NCBI RefSeq assembly: GCF_001194135.2
Contig: NC_068990.1
Location: forward strand, 56,229,154-56,293,153
Direction of reading: 5' to 3'
DNA from: Octopus bimaculoides
Taxonomy: Eukaryota
DNA length: 64,000 nt
In this document: one piece after another, positions 1 through 11,605 of the stretch
How positions within the stretch are numbered: position 1 is the stretch's first letter
Layout of the letters: every line of letters starts with the position of its first letter
Notes under the pieces: model-generated
The model's database searches: none
What the model was told of the DNA's origin: nothing
The model's input: the letters and a program-made list of their open reading frames with translations, nothing else
Translations under genes and position numbers: made by a program

Positions 1-57
1 AGGTTGTTTGTAGGATAGACTCGTTCTATGTTATATTTATTATCTTTAGTTAACATT

Positions 58-198
58 CGCTTCAAATTTTAGCACAAGCCCAGGAAATTTGGCAGAGGGT
101 TAAATCGATCACATTAACCTCAGTGCTCAACTGGTACTTATTTTATCGAGCCCAAAAGGGAAGAAAGTTAAAGTCGACCCCAGTAGAATTTGAACTAT
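58..198 (-). mobile_element. tRNA-headed SINE family A, partial copy
   Basis: Carries the family A core (aactggtacttattttatcga...aaagtcgacc...gaatttgaact) that recurs throughout the window. Confidence 0.75.
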
Positions 199-204
199 GC
201 TTGC

Positions 205-340
205 TGTGAAGGCACATGGCTTAGTGGTTATAGGGCTGCATTCACGATCGGAAGATCGTGGTTTCGATTCCTACACTGGACGGTGCGTTGTGTTTTATAG
301 CAAAATACTTCAGTCCACTGAGCTTTAAATGAGAAAACCA
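205..340 (+). mobile_element. tRNA-headed SINE family D, decayed 5' part
   Basis: gtgaaggcacatggcttagtggtt (A-box-like) and ggtttcgattcc (B-box-like); same head as the copy at 48613. Confidence 0.65.
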
Positions 341-767
341 GTGAGGTGATGTTAGAATCTTGGTCACTCATACAATATGGAATACGGGTAACCGGTCTTG
401 TGAGTCCATACGATGTTTGTTATACTTTGGCATCTGCGCAGTGAATTAGTAGTTGTTCATTGCATAGCACTATCAGATATTCCAAGAATATAAGAAGAGC
501 GTTGGGCTGTTTCTAGTTACTTCTATTTACTCAACATGAATCTTCCCTATTCCGGTAGAACAACTACAGCAAAAGTGCTTACAACGATAACAATAGCCAC
601 ATTAAAATATCATTTTTGCTCCTCTGCTATAATATTCTTGTCCCCATTCCCGGGTACACAGCTAGATGAAACATATGAACCACAGACTTTTACAAGAAGC
701 TGATTGTTAAACAATGTATATCATCTCAGGAGAATTTTGCGACAAAGTATTGTTTGTTCGTTTAATT

Positions 768-1024
768 CAGTGGTTCTCAACCGGAGTCCACATGACCCTT
801 AGATGACCATATAAGATTTTGTTGTTAAAATTTATGTGCAATAAATGGGTTGTACTTCTACAATGCACAAAATATTTAAACCTTTTTATACAGTTTCTAA
901 TAATACATAATCATGAAAATATAATATGAGTTTTTAGACATCGAATAACTATGAGGGTCCCAACTTCTGAATACAATGAGAATCAAAAAAGCAGTCCATA
1001 AGCAAAAATGGTTGAGAACCACTG
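768..1024. mobile_element. hAT (Charlie/MER5-like) MITE
   Basis: Perfect 15-bp TIR CAGTGGTTCTCAACC...GGTTGAGAACCACTG. Flanks GTTTAATT (760-767) and GTATAATT (1025-1032) match at 7/8, consistent with the 8-bp TSD of hAT elements. No ORF. Confidence 0.85.
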
Positions 1025-1074
1025 GTATAATTAGCTCATTCGATGTAAAAATAATTCTGCATGGACATTAATGT

Positions 1075-1286
1075 CTCAAGTTCTACGATTCATAGGCTGG
1101 CTATCCGGATTCCATGGCGGATAGGTGACAGAAATCATGACATCACCCTGGTCCGTCGCAGAATTACTCATTTACAGCCGAGTGGATTGGAGCAACGAGA
1201 AATGAAGTATTTTGCTCCAGGACAGGAATCGAAACCATAATCTTGTGATCGTGAGCGCAACACCCTAATCACTAAGCCACGTGCCA
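1075..1286 (-). mobile_element. tRNA-headed SINE, decayed (family D-related)
   Basis: Reverse complement begins ggcacgtggcttagtgattagggtgttg...ggtttcgattcc, followed by a CORE-like ttgctccaatccactcggctgtaaatgag segment. Confidence 0.6.
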
Positions 1287-1378
1287 TATAATCCTATGTA
1301 TTTTCCTTTTATTAAACAAGTTGTTGCAAAACCTTTACCAAGGATTCATTCATGCTAGCTGTTCTAATGTTTCTGTAT

Positions 1379-2070
1379 CAAGGTGGTGAACTGGCAGGGT
1401 TGTCAACACGCCGGACAAAATGCTTAGTAGCATTTCTTCCGGCTCTTTTTGTCCTGAGTTCAAAATTCACTAAGGTCGACTTTACTATTCAGCTTCCGGT
1501 TCGATAAAATAAGCACTTGCTGAATGTTAGGATACATATAATTAACTGGTCCCCTTGCCCAAAATTTCAGGCTTTTTACCTATAGCAGAAAGGGCTTTTA
1601 ATATTTCAATAACTAATGGTGGGAGGCGGCGAGCTGGCAAAATCGTTAGCACATCAGGCAAAATACTTAGCGGCGTTTCGTCTGTTTTTACATTCTGAGT
1701 TCGAATTCCGGCGCGGCCGATTTTTCCTTTCGTCCTTTCGGAATCAATAAAATAAGTACCAGTTGATCACTGGGGTCGATTAACCGACTTAGTTCCTTCA
1801 CTAAACCTGCTGTCCTTGTGCCAAAATTTGAAATCAATATCTAATGGCAGTAAGACGGCGAGCTGGCAGGATCGGTTAGCACGTTGTGAAAAATGATTAG
1901 CAACATTTCCCCTGTCTTTACGCTCTGGGTTCAAATGTCACTGAGGTCAACTTTGCCTTTCAACCTTTCGGGTACGATAAAATAGGTACCAGTTGAGCTC
2001 TGGGGTCGATGTAATCGATTTAGCCCCTCTCCGAAAATCGCTGGCCTTGTGCCAAAATTTGAAAACAATA
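1379..2070 (+). mobile_element. Three consecutive SINE family A copies (about 1379-1598, 1623-1840, 1852-2070)
   Basis: Each starts (a)aggcggcgagctggc, has the B-box-like gttctgagttcaaattcc, a central gtcgactttgcctttcatcctttcggggtcgataaaataagtacc block (resembles the Meta SINE domain, from recall) and a ccttgtgcc tail. Confidence 0.85.
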
Positions 2071-2459
2071 TCTATTGGTGGTAGCGTCTTTGTTCACATA
2101 GTCACAGTGCCCTATACACGCTATATTTATATAACCTAGTGGCTGGTAGGAAAAGGAAATAACGAAAATGACGTCAGTTTCGGGATTGAAGTTGGAGTAT
2201 TTGCATTATGTAGGATAATTTCTTTCACATTTGTTTGCTACGATTTACTTTGACCTATGACATTACTCTTGTTTATCAGATGTTATAATTAGCTGATATT
2301 TACTTAATATTTTGGAGTAGTTTCAACATAAAAGTAATAACAAGTGGTTTCACCAATCGTTGAACGAGCTTATTTGTTCATATTTTTTCTCAATTTTTAT
2401 ATTTCTATATTTGATATGTTTCATATTTTCACATTTTTATTATTTTTCTTTCAATAAAA

Positions 2460-3030
2460 GCATGTAGAATCTTTATCTCTCTACGAGGATTTACATGGAT
2501 TAAGTTTAAACTTGTGGCATCATGCTCTATTCCGAAGAAGGGAAACCTCTCTCTCATCCTGCGACGAAACTGCTTTTTTAGCTACTTTGGGAATGAAGAG
2601 CAACGCCTGTGACCTTTATCTTGTTTAAAGTCCCCCAGCATTGGTGAGATGAAGTTCTTCAAAGAATTGGCTCATATACTTGTAAGAGAGGGAACTCCGC
2701 TTAAAGAGCCAAGGATCGGGTGGTTATGTTAAATTGTATGAAGGATTAACCCTGCCACCCAGGAAATTAGAACACAAAGAGCCGGAACGAATACCAGAAT
2801 GGATTGCATTCGACGCTTTTAGAATTCCATTGACTCACTGCTCTGTATTCATCTTTTATTTTGTTGACATCAAATTGACAAAAACCCAAGTTGATCTCAA
2901 TTTGATTTGAACTTAGAGCGCAAAACGTCGGAGCAAATATTTGAAAATGTTTTGCTTTAAGTTCTAATGTTTCCACTAAATCACTGTTCTTAAAAGGAGT
3001 CTGCTCAACTGACAAGCAAAGATTCATCAT
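2460..3030 (-). pseudogene. Possible heavily decayed hAT transposase C-terminal relic
   Basis: Minus-strand frames give FDVNKIKDEY...CNPFWY, then ALLFIP...VSSQDER(G/E)xS, loosely like the hAT dimerisation motif (LxxIPxSSAxxERxFS). Needs frameshifts; the match is weak. Confidence 0.25.
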
Positions 3031-3049
3031 CCAACACTGGCAATATATA

Positions 3050-5150
3050 TTTCACCCGTTTTTACGTTCTGAGTTCAAATTCCGCCGAGGTCGACTTTGC
3101 TTTTCATCCTTTTGGGGTCGATAAAATAAGTACCCGATAGACTCCTGCGTTGATGTGATCGACTAATCTGTTTCCCTAAAATTGCTGGCATTGTGCCAAT
3201 ATTTGAACGCATTATAGGCATGAGGCCAAATATTTTCAAATTTTGTCACAAGGCCTGATATTTTCGGATAGGCACTGTCGATTACATCGACCTCAGTGCT
3301 CATCTGGTACTTGTTTGACTGACGCCGAAGGGATGAAAGACAAATTCGACCAGAGGAATTTGAATACAAAGTGCAAAACCGGAATAAATGTCACTAAATA
3401 TTTCTCCAGGCGTACTAAAGTTTCTTATTTCTTTACTGTCCACAAAGGGCTACACACAGAGGGGACAAACAAGTACAGACAAACGGATTAAGCCGATTAT
3501 ATCGACCAAAGTGCGTAACTGGTACTTATTTAATGGACCCCGAAAGGATGAAAGGCAAAGTCGACCTCGGCGGAATTTGAACTCAGAACATGATGTCTTC
3601 AAATACCGCTAAAAATTTCGCCCGGTGTGCTAACGTTTCTGCCAGCTCGCCGTACTAAAGTTTCTTATTTCTTTATTACCCACAAGGGGCTAAACATAGA
3701 GGGAACAAACAAGGACAGACAAAAAGATTAAGTCGATTACATCGACCCCAGTGCGTAACTGGTACTTAATTTATCGACCCCGAAAGGATGAAAGGCAAAG
3801 TCGACCTCGGCGGAATTTGAACTCAGAACGTAAAGACAGACGAAATACCGCTAAGAATTTCGCCCGGTGTGCTAACGTTTTTGGCAGCTCGTTGTCTTAA
3901 TTACATAGATAATATTACTCATGATAGTCGCATAAATATTACTGATACAGTTACAGAGATATTCACTCAAGTCAGTAAAAAAAGGGTTCCATTCATTCGA
4001 GGTAGCCGATACTTANNNNNNNNNNTGATACAGTTACAGAGATATTCACTCAAGTCAGTAAAAAAAGGGTTCCATTCATTCGAGGTAGCCGATACTTACT
4101 CTGCTTAGGGTTACACATATTTTACAAAGGGAGAGACATTGTTATTCATAAGCAATTGTAACTATCAATGGGATTAGGTCGATTACATCGACCCCAGTGC
4201 GTAACTTGTACTTAATTTATCGACCTCGAAAGGATGAAAGGCAAAGCCGACCTCGGCGGAATTTGAACTCTGAACGTAACGGCAGGGGAAATACTGCTAT
4301 GCACTTCGCCCGGCGTGCTAACGTTTCTGCCAGCACGCTGCTGTACTAAAGTTTCTGCCAGCGCGCTGCCTTACCACCGTTAAATATTGGTTTCAAATTT
4401 TGGCACAAGGCCAGCAATTTTACTGGAGGAGCATGTGGATTACATCGACCCCAGTGTTCAACCGGTGCTAATTTCACCGACGCTCAAGGAATTAAACGTA
4501 ACGTCAACCTCGACAGCATATGAACTTAGAACATAAAATCGGGTGAAATGCTACTAAGTACTTTCTCCGGTGTGCTAACGATTCTCCCAGATCACCGCCT
4601 TAATTGCTACAAATACTGGTTTCAAATTTTGGCACAAGACCAGCAAGTTAGGGGGAGGTGGGTAAGTCTATTACATCAACCCCGGTGTTCAACTCGTAGT
4701 CAACTCATTGTCACCGAAGGGATGAATGGTAAATTCACTTCGGCGGAAAGAGTGCAAAGCCGGAATAAATGCTCCTAAGCATTTTGCTTAGTATGCTTAA
4801 TAATTCTACCAGCTCGCCCCTTCCTGGTATATATAATTGACTGTTACTTCTTAGCCTACCAGCAAAAAGCAAACTTAGTGCAAAGGACATCCCAAAGTGT
4901 TGCTGCTCGGGCAAGAAACTGTCGAGAAATATATTTAGGACAAAGAGATAGTTACTTCAAGCATATAAGTTATTAATAGATTGGCACAGATGCTGCTATA
5001 ATAGTAGAAATAGATGAAATAGATTTTGGTTTCGAATTTTGACACAAGCCCAGCAGTTATGGGAGGAATTTGATCTCGGAACATAAAAACAGGCGAAATG
5101 GTGTTATGCATGTAGACCGGAGCGTTAGCGATTCTGCCAACTCATCGCCC
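3050..5150 (-). mobile_element. Dense nested cluster of SINE family A (one + copy at 3050-3215, then about 7 minus copies)
   Basis: Repeated family A cores at about 3235, 3425, 3665, 4170, 4385, 4615 and 5030. The 13-mer GTACTAAAGTTTC occurs at 3412, 3652 and 4343. Confidence 0.85.
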
Positions 5151-5624
5151 TTCCACGTGCCTGTATTAGAAAGGATCATATATAGATCAGTTCTTGATTA
5201 ATACGTCAGTCTAACGATCTCAGAAATAAGAAAGGTACATTCAATCACCGAGAGAAATTGAAATCAGAAGGTAAAGGAGTCGTGTAACTAAACACCGCCA
5301 ACCCAGAAACAATAATATTAATATCACCAACAGTTGCTCTAACTATATTCATTTCTAGATGTGCATACAATAAAGAGAGGAGAAAAAAAAAACAATGAAA
5401 GTATGCAAAGAAGAATTGACTGGCTTAAGCTACAATACAAAGAGTAGAGGGGAGAGGTACTGGTGGCAGTAGCAGTGAGATGTAAGGCACATGGAAAAAC
5501 AATACATTCTTTGATTTCCAAGAAGATGATACTGCCGAGAGACAAAAGGACTAGAATAGAGAATAAGCTTTGTTCTTTTCAGAAGTAAGTAAAATAAAGA
5601 ATTGTTTCAACTCAGATAGCTGAT

Positions 5625-5629
<5 letters not shown>

Positions 5630-5699
<70 letters not shown>

Positions 5700-5946
5700 T
5701 ATATATATATATGTATATATATAAATATATATATACACGCACACACACACATACATACATACATACACATATATGTGTGTGTGTATGTGTGTGTGTGTGC
5801 GCGTGTGTGCGCGCGTGAATGCGAGTGTGTGTGTATGTATGTATGTATGCACACACACATATAATGTATATATGTATGTACATAGTATGTATATGTCTTT
5901 ATTTCTGATATGTATATATATTTATATATGTATATATGTTTATATT

Positions 5947-6041
<95 letters not shown>
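5630..6041. repeat. Compound (TA)n/(CA)n/(TG)n microsatellite
   Basis: Directly visible dinucleotide runs; they generate the IYIY/HTHT ORFs in the track. Confidence 0.98.
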
Positions 6042-6044
<3 letters not shown>

Positions 6045-6637
6045 CTTCAGGTGAACTTCCCTATTTTCCGTGTTGTTTCCACTGCTAGACATTGTGAACT
6101 ACCATCAATAAACAACTGGTTTGTGTTGTAGCAGTCATTATACAATTATACATAGATACTCCAATTCCGCAGCACTACAAAACCACTGAATTCATACAGC
6201 TTAGATGTCTGCTTAAAGCAAACAAAAGAAAGATAATAAAACAATATCTTATTGTTCTCTGTTATCTTCCCTACATAGAAATATGTTTTTGCTGAATTTC
6301 TATAGTTTTATATATTTGTTGTAACAATAATCGGGTCTCAGGGCAAATAATCGACCAGCGAGTATTACTTTTCTTTTGCTCTTGACAAAGTACAGTAACA
6401 AGAGGACTGTCTATATTATTACCACGTACTTCATAATTTAAAAACATGTCTAGCAAGTAGTTGGTCTAAAAAGAGAAGCCTCTGGCTTCGATGTAAGTTT
6501 AGGATTTGCAAGAAGTAGCAACCAAATCTCTCATCATATGTTGCGCTAGCGTGTCACGATGGTACGAACACAGTGGTACGGTTATCTATCTACTATATAT
6601 ATTTTCGTATAGTATATCCTTTGTGTACATCAAAGTG

Positions 6638-7024
6638 TGTTGTTGTTGGCACTCCGTCGCTTACGACGTCGAGGGTTCCAGTTGATCCGATCAACGGAAC
6701 AGTCTGCTCGTGAAATTAACGTGCAAGTGGCTGAGCACTCCACAGACACGTGTACCCTTAACGTAGTTCGCAGGGAGATTCAGCATGACACAGTGTGACA
6801 AGGCTGACCCTTTGAATTACAGGCACAACAGAAGCAGGAAGTAAGAGTGAGAGAAAGTTGTGGTGAAAGAGTACAACAAGGTTCGCCATCATCCCCTGCC
6901 AGAGCCTCGTGGAGCTTTAGGTGTTTTCTCTCAATAAACACTTACAACGCCCGGTCTGGGAATCGAAACCGTGATCCTATGATCGCGAGGCCGCTGCCCT
7001 AACCACTAGGCCATTGCGCCTCTA
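6638..7024 (-). mobile_element. tRNA-headed SINE family B, full length, (CAA)n tail
   Basis: Reverse complement: gaggcgcaatggcctagtggttaggg...ggtttcgattccc head; 3' hairpin cgtcgtaagcgacg, then gccaacaacaac. Same family as 14584 and 29225. Confidence 0.9.
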
Positions 7025-8287
7025 CTGCGTACACCAACATATACTAATAAACTTACATATATCAGCACATATTGTTTTATATACACCAGCACATACTAAT
7101 TTTTAAGTTTATCTCTGTAGATTTTCTTTAGAATTCAGTCAATACTCAAAGTTACGACGTTTCAAACACGTCTATGTAAACAACGCGATCGAAGATAGAT
7201 AAAATATGGGTAGTGATTGTATATGCGTATTACAGGAACTATTTCTCATTCATCAGTACTAGATCCAACCCATCAAGTATCCGTGAACACATTGATTAAA
7301 TAGCCACTAAGTTTAGTGGTGAAACACAATTGTGTAGACCAATTTACATATTAAATACATCCTTAGCAACTGCTATGTACATATTCATCGCTGGGAAGGA
7401 CGCAGTATTTTGTTTTTCAATCATAATATCCTACCAAGAATATTGCATTGTGTCATACCTTGTATAAGTGGTGTGATGCCTTCCCTTTAAATTTTTTCTT
7501 TATAGATTTCCTATAGAATTCTGTACCAGGACTGAAAGTTACGATGTTCGTACATACTAATATACTGCAAGTTATGATGTTAGTACATACTAATATACTC
7601 ATGTGTAGAGGGCATAAAAATTATTTATATACTCTTGCGCATACTAATAATTCACTTATATTACACCTTGACATATTAATTCCTATTCATACACTAATAC
7701 GCTTATATATACCTGTACACAATAATTCCTTCGTATATAACAGTACATATGAAAACACACACGAACACACACGCATGCACATACATACATACGCACACAC
7801 AAATACGTGCAACGCACTTATACTGAATCAACAAAGACGTCTTTAGTCTGTCGCCTGACGTACTAGAAACAGTAGCCAAATCTCTCTAAAATGACATCTA
7901 TTGTACTAAATAAGAAACAATACATTCGATATTTTAATTGACAGCTTATAAAAAAGACGGACGGTCAAATCATGTTGTTTTCTATATTCAATCTTCTCAA
8001 ATAGAACTACTGTCGGAATTGACAACCCATCTAAACTATATCAACGAGGCAAATTGATCAGCAGTAAATTGATCAACAAGATAATTGCCAAAACTTCAAT
8101 AAACCACACTCTACTATCTTTCACCAGCAGACAGTCACTCTCAAATACTCTATGTTATCTCTGGAATAGTGTCGTTAAATGTATCAATCAGTGAATCTGA
8201 AATAAGGAAATGGAAAGATATTTCTCTTTTTAAAAAAATGGTGGGTGGTTTATGATTCACTGATTGTTTATTGACGAAATTGGTCAA

Positions 8288-8439
8288 GGTGCGGCTGTGT
8301 GGTAAGTTTGATTCCCAAACATATGGTGCCAGTTTCAGTCCTACTGCATGGGACCTTGAGCAAGTGTTTCTGGTACAGCCTCGGGCTCACAAAACCTTAT
8401 GAGGGATTAGGTAGACAGAAAAACTGAAAGAAGCCCGTC

Positions 8440-8475
<36 letters not shown>

Positions 8476-8556
8476 NNNNNNNNNNNNNNNNNNNNNNNNN
8501 NNNNNNNNNNNNNNNNNNNNNNNNNNNNNNNNNNNNNNNNNNNNNNNNNNNNNNNN

Positions 8557-8592
<36 letters not shown>

Positions 8593-8820
8593 CGTGTGCG
8601 TGTTTGTCCCCACCATCACCTGACAACTGGTGTAGGTTTGTTTACGTCTCTGTAACTTAGCGATTCGGCAAAGGAGAAACGGTACAGTGAGTACCAGACT
8701 TTAAAAGGAATAATTATTGAGGTCAATCCATTCCTCTAAAAAAATTTTAAAAAAACCTTCAAGATGGTGCCTCAGCATGGCCGCAGTCTAATGACTGAAG
8801 AAAGTAAAACATAAAACATA
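8288..8820 (+). mobile_element. SINE family C (CORE-like) with internal (TA)n/(TG)n microsatellite and N-gap
   Basis: ggctgtgtggtaag head, gaccttgagcaagtg core, gaaagaagcccgtcg followed by (TA)n...(TG)n, then tttgtccccac...cagcatggccgcagtc...gactgaa tail. Confidence 0.85.
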
Positions 8821-9077
8821 GCTGAATATCCACGCTGTTCGGAATACTGCCAACGATGTCTGTGTCATTTTTTTTTTAATCAGTCATGTCATGTGATTAA
8901 ATCGAAAGCTGCGTAACCTGGTGTTTGCTGTGAAAAAGAATGGATACCATCGTTAAAGCTAACAACCACGTGGTCATTCACCTGATCAACCAAGTCGTCA
9001 ACCAGATGCCCAAAAGCTTTGAAACCCGCCTACGACGACAACCGTTTCGTTATATCAGAATCAACGATTATTAATTA

Positions 9078-9292
9078 ATCCTTTCTACTATAGGCACAAA
9101 GCCTGAAATTTGGGGGAGGGGGATCGGCGATTAGATCGACCCCAGTGTGTAACTGGCACTTAGTTTATCGACTCCGAAAGGCTGAAAGGCAAAGTCGACC
9201 TCAGCGGAATTTGAACTCAGAACGTAGAGACAGACGGAATACCGCTAAGCATTTCGCCCGGCGTGCTAACGATTCTGCCAGATCGCCACCTT
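9078..9292 (-). mobile_element. SINE family A, full length
   Basis: tcctttctactataggcac...gatcgccacctt, a close match to the other family A copies. Confidence 0.9.
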
Positions 9293-10255
9293 AATAATTA
9301 CTGTTAATTAATAATCAGACGAAATACCACTAAGCAGTGTACCGAGCGTAATAACGACTCTGTCAGTTCGCCGTATAAAGTAATTGAGACATATTACTAA
9401 TAACTTCGTATCGATAAACCGATTTCATTGACAGATATCGACATAGTACTGCAGGGGCAGTTAGGATATCCAGAAATGCGAAGAATACAGATACCTAATT
9501 GAGATAAAAGTTAGCAATTGGTGCTCTAATGCACCGTAAAAACATACTAGTCGTTGCTGCTGTTGTTATTGTTTAACTTAATGTCAGTACTGGTTGATCA
9601 AAGCTATTGTTAGAGAAGTTCTGACAGTGACCATCCCATCTTTTCGTCAATGAGTGCACATAGAATCATATTATTCAATGTATCCTTATATTCTATGATG
9701 TTCTAATGTGATTTACAGAACATTTCCTTCTGTCTCTAGTCTAACGAGCATGTAGGGGTTCTTTCGTTCGCTTAATATTTACTCTGAATAGATTAAGGCG
9801 GAGTCAATTGACTAAACACTTTATTTAACCTTATTTGGCCTTTTGGCCAGTCAAGAGAAATTAGAATAGTGAAACTATAAGAGCTGTTTATGAACACAGC
9901 ACTGGAGACTATATGTATATTCTTGTTCGTCTACTGCGTTCAAATTCTACCAGGGTACTTAGTAGTTTATTTCTTCTGAGTAGTACCCGTGAAATAGTGT
10001 CATCAATTCTGTTTGTTAGCTTTTTCCCTAACAAAAATTAACTCTGAAGTTATAACAAAATAAGAGATACCGTTCATAAATTACACAGGCCAACATAGAA
10101 ATTCTACTGAAATACTATTAAAAATCTTAAACATCTTAGAAACAACTTAATGATAAATTATATCATTGTTTATGCTTAACTTCCTATAAATTTGCATTTG
10201 GATAATTTTTCTTTTAGTTCTGAACATTAGAAAGATCATAAGCAACTTTATGATC

Positions 10256-10350
10256 ACTTATGAAAGTCCTAACTTATGAAAGTCCTAACTTATGAAAGTC
10301 CTAACTTATGAAAGTCCTAACTTATGAAAGTCCTAACTTATGAAAGTCCT
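10256..10350. repeat. 16-bp minisatellite, 6 copies (ACTTATGAAAGTCCTA)
   Basis: Five exact units plus a 15-nt sixth, read directly. Confidence 0.97.
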
Positions 10351-10740
10351 CCAGTATGTTGTCGACTATTCCGGCATAGTTGGCTGCTTTCTTGTTGCCG
10401 AGAAAGTCATTACAAATTAATTCCATGCCGTTGTTTCAATGCAATTCATTGAATTTACAAAGTTCCCATCTTTCACCAATTTTCTTATCTTAGGCCCATC
10501 AAATACTCTGTCTTTCATTTTTTCATTGCTCAAACCGGGAAATATGCTGCAGACATAGTGAAAGCATGGTCCTTCTTTATTCAGAGTTTTAACAAACTGT
10601 TACATAATGCTAAGTTTGCTAAGTTTGATATGGAGTGTAAGTAGGATGATTTTTCCTGGTTGAACCAAAAGTTCTTCAACCACATTAAAAGACCCTGGAA
10701 CTAATGTTTGCTACCGCCATTCTTTGATACCCTAATGATA
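10345..10740 (-). pseudogene. Transposase relic of the Chapaev3-like element
   Basis: Hand translation: KEWR*QTLVPGSFNVVEELLVQPGKIILLTLHIKLSKLSIM*QFVKTLNKEGPCFHYVCSIFPGLSNEKMKDRVFDGPKIRKLVKDGNFVNSMN...FLGNKKAANYAGIVDNILEDFHKLG, with stops and a frameshift. Confidence 0.8.
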
Positions 10741-11159
10741 TTCAATGGCTCTGCTGTCCCACATACATAAAATTCATGGATATTATATTTGGGGTATCCA
10801 CTCTGTTTCCCAGGAAAAAATTGATCATCATAAAATCCAAGCATATCACCCACTGATGATTGGGGATTTAGATAATTGACATCCAGACATAAAGGTAAAA
10901 AATGGATTCGATTTTTAGATTCAGCATATCAAAAAACCCCTCCAAATCAGTAAAAAGATCACAATTCCTGTTGGACTGTGTTATTTAGTTATGTAGCTTA
11001 CTTGTATTATATGTCAGGTCGCTCTTGAGTGCTACTGATAACATGTAACCCAGTACAACCTGTCACATGGTCAGGTCGTCGGTGACTTAACTGGTAACCC
11101 AATCAAGCTTGCTTGGTGAGGAGGATGATTTTTGGACACCCTGCGGGGCGAAACCGCTG

Positions 11160-11605
11160 AAGAAACTTTTAACAAATGCGAAGCTTTATACAACAACCAC
11201 GAAACCAACGGTTAAAAAATGTGGACGCTTAAACTGTGGAACATGCCCCAAACTACTTGAAGGCTTTGATTTCCTTTTCAATCAAGGAGAGAGGTTCACA
11301 CTTAAAACCAACTTCACTTGTGCTTCTGAGAACCTAATTTATGTAATAACCTGCTCGGCTTTTGAACATCACTATATAGGATAGACGAGTATGACATTGA
11401 GACGGAGAACCACTCTATATAAACAGCAATTCTGGTTCCCGCAATACAGAAAAATTCCTTTAAGTGAACACATAGAAAGATGTGCAGGTAGCATCAACCA
11501 AATTTCACAGTTTTCTCCTTCTACCAGTGCAAAGATACAATTTCTTTACAAGAACATTTAAATAAAGAAAATTTATTCATCGAAAAATACAGAACAGATC
11601 TAAAT
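11160..11605 (+). pseudogene. Penelope-like element GIY-YIG endonuclease relic
   Basis: KKCGRLNCGTC...FTCASENLIYVITC...HYIG*T...LSEHIERC...KENLFIEKYRTDLN: a GIY-YIG signature preceded by the CxxxxCxxC typical of PLEs; one stop and one frameshift. Confidence 0.85.

Larger units (their letters stand above)
10084..10980 (-). mobile_element. Chapaev3-like (CMC superfamily) DNA transposon, internally deleted
   Basis: TIRs CACAGGCCAACA and rc CACAGTCCAACA (11/12 match), CAC...GTG termini, TTA on both flanks (10081-83, 10981-83). The CAC termini and 3-bp TWA TSD are established for Chapaev3. Contains a transposase relic. Confidence 0.8.

Noticed and set aside
3943-4098. 73-bp exact direct repeat
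   Set aside because: The two copies flank a 10-N gap, the signature of an unmerged contig overlap.
5359-5584. Purine-rich segment ending in a GAA|GTAAGT donor
   Set aside because: No continuous frame from the candidate acceptor and no recognisable peptide.
6082-6100. 19-nt identity CTGCTAGACATTGTGAACT shared with about 48528-48546
   Set aside because: No extension on either side; one such match is plausible by chance in a window of this size and composition.
5607-6131. Multiple IYIY/HTHT/CVCV ORFs (also at 30661-32800, 46595-48026, 57319-57958)
   Set aside because: Stop-free translations of microsatellites and N-gaps.
6998-7024. tRNA genes (A/B-box-like motifs at many SINE heads)
   Set aside because: No complete cloverleaf; each head runs into a SINE body repeated many times in the window.
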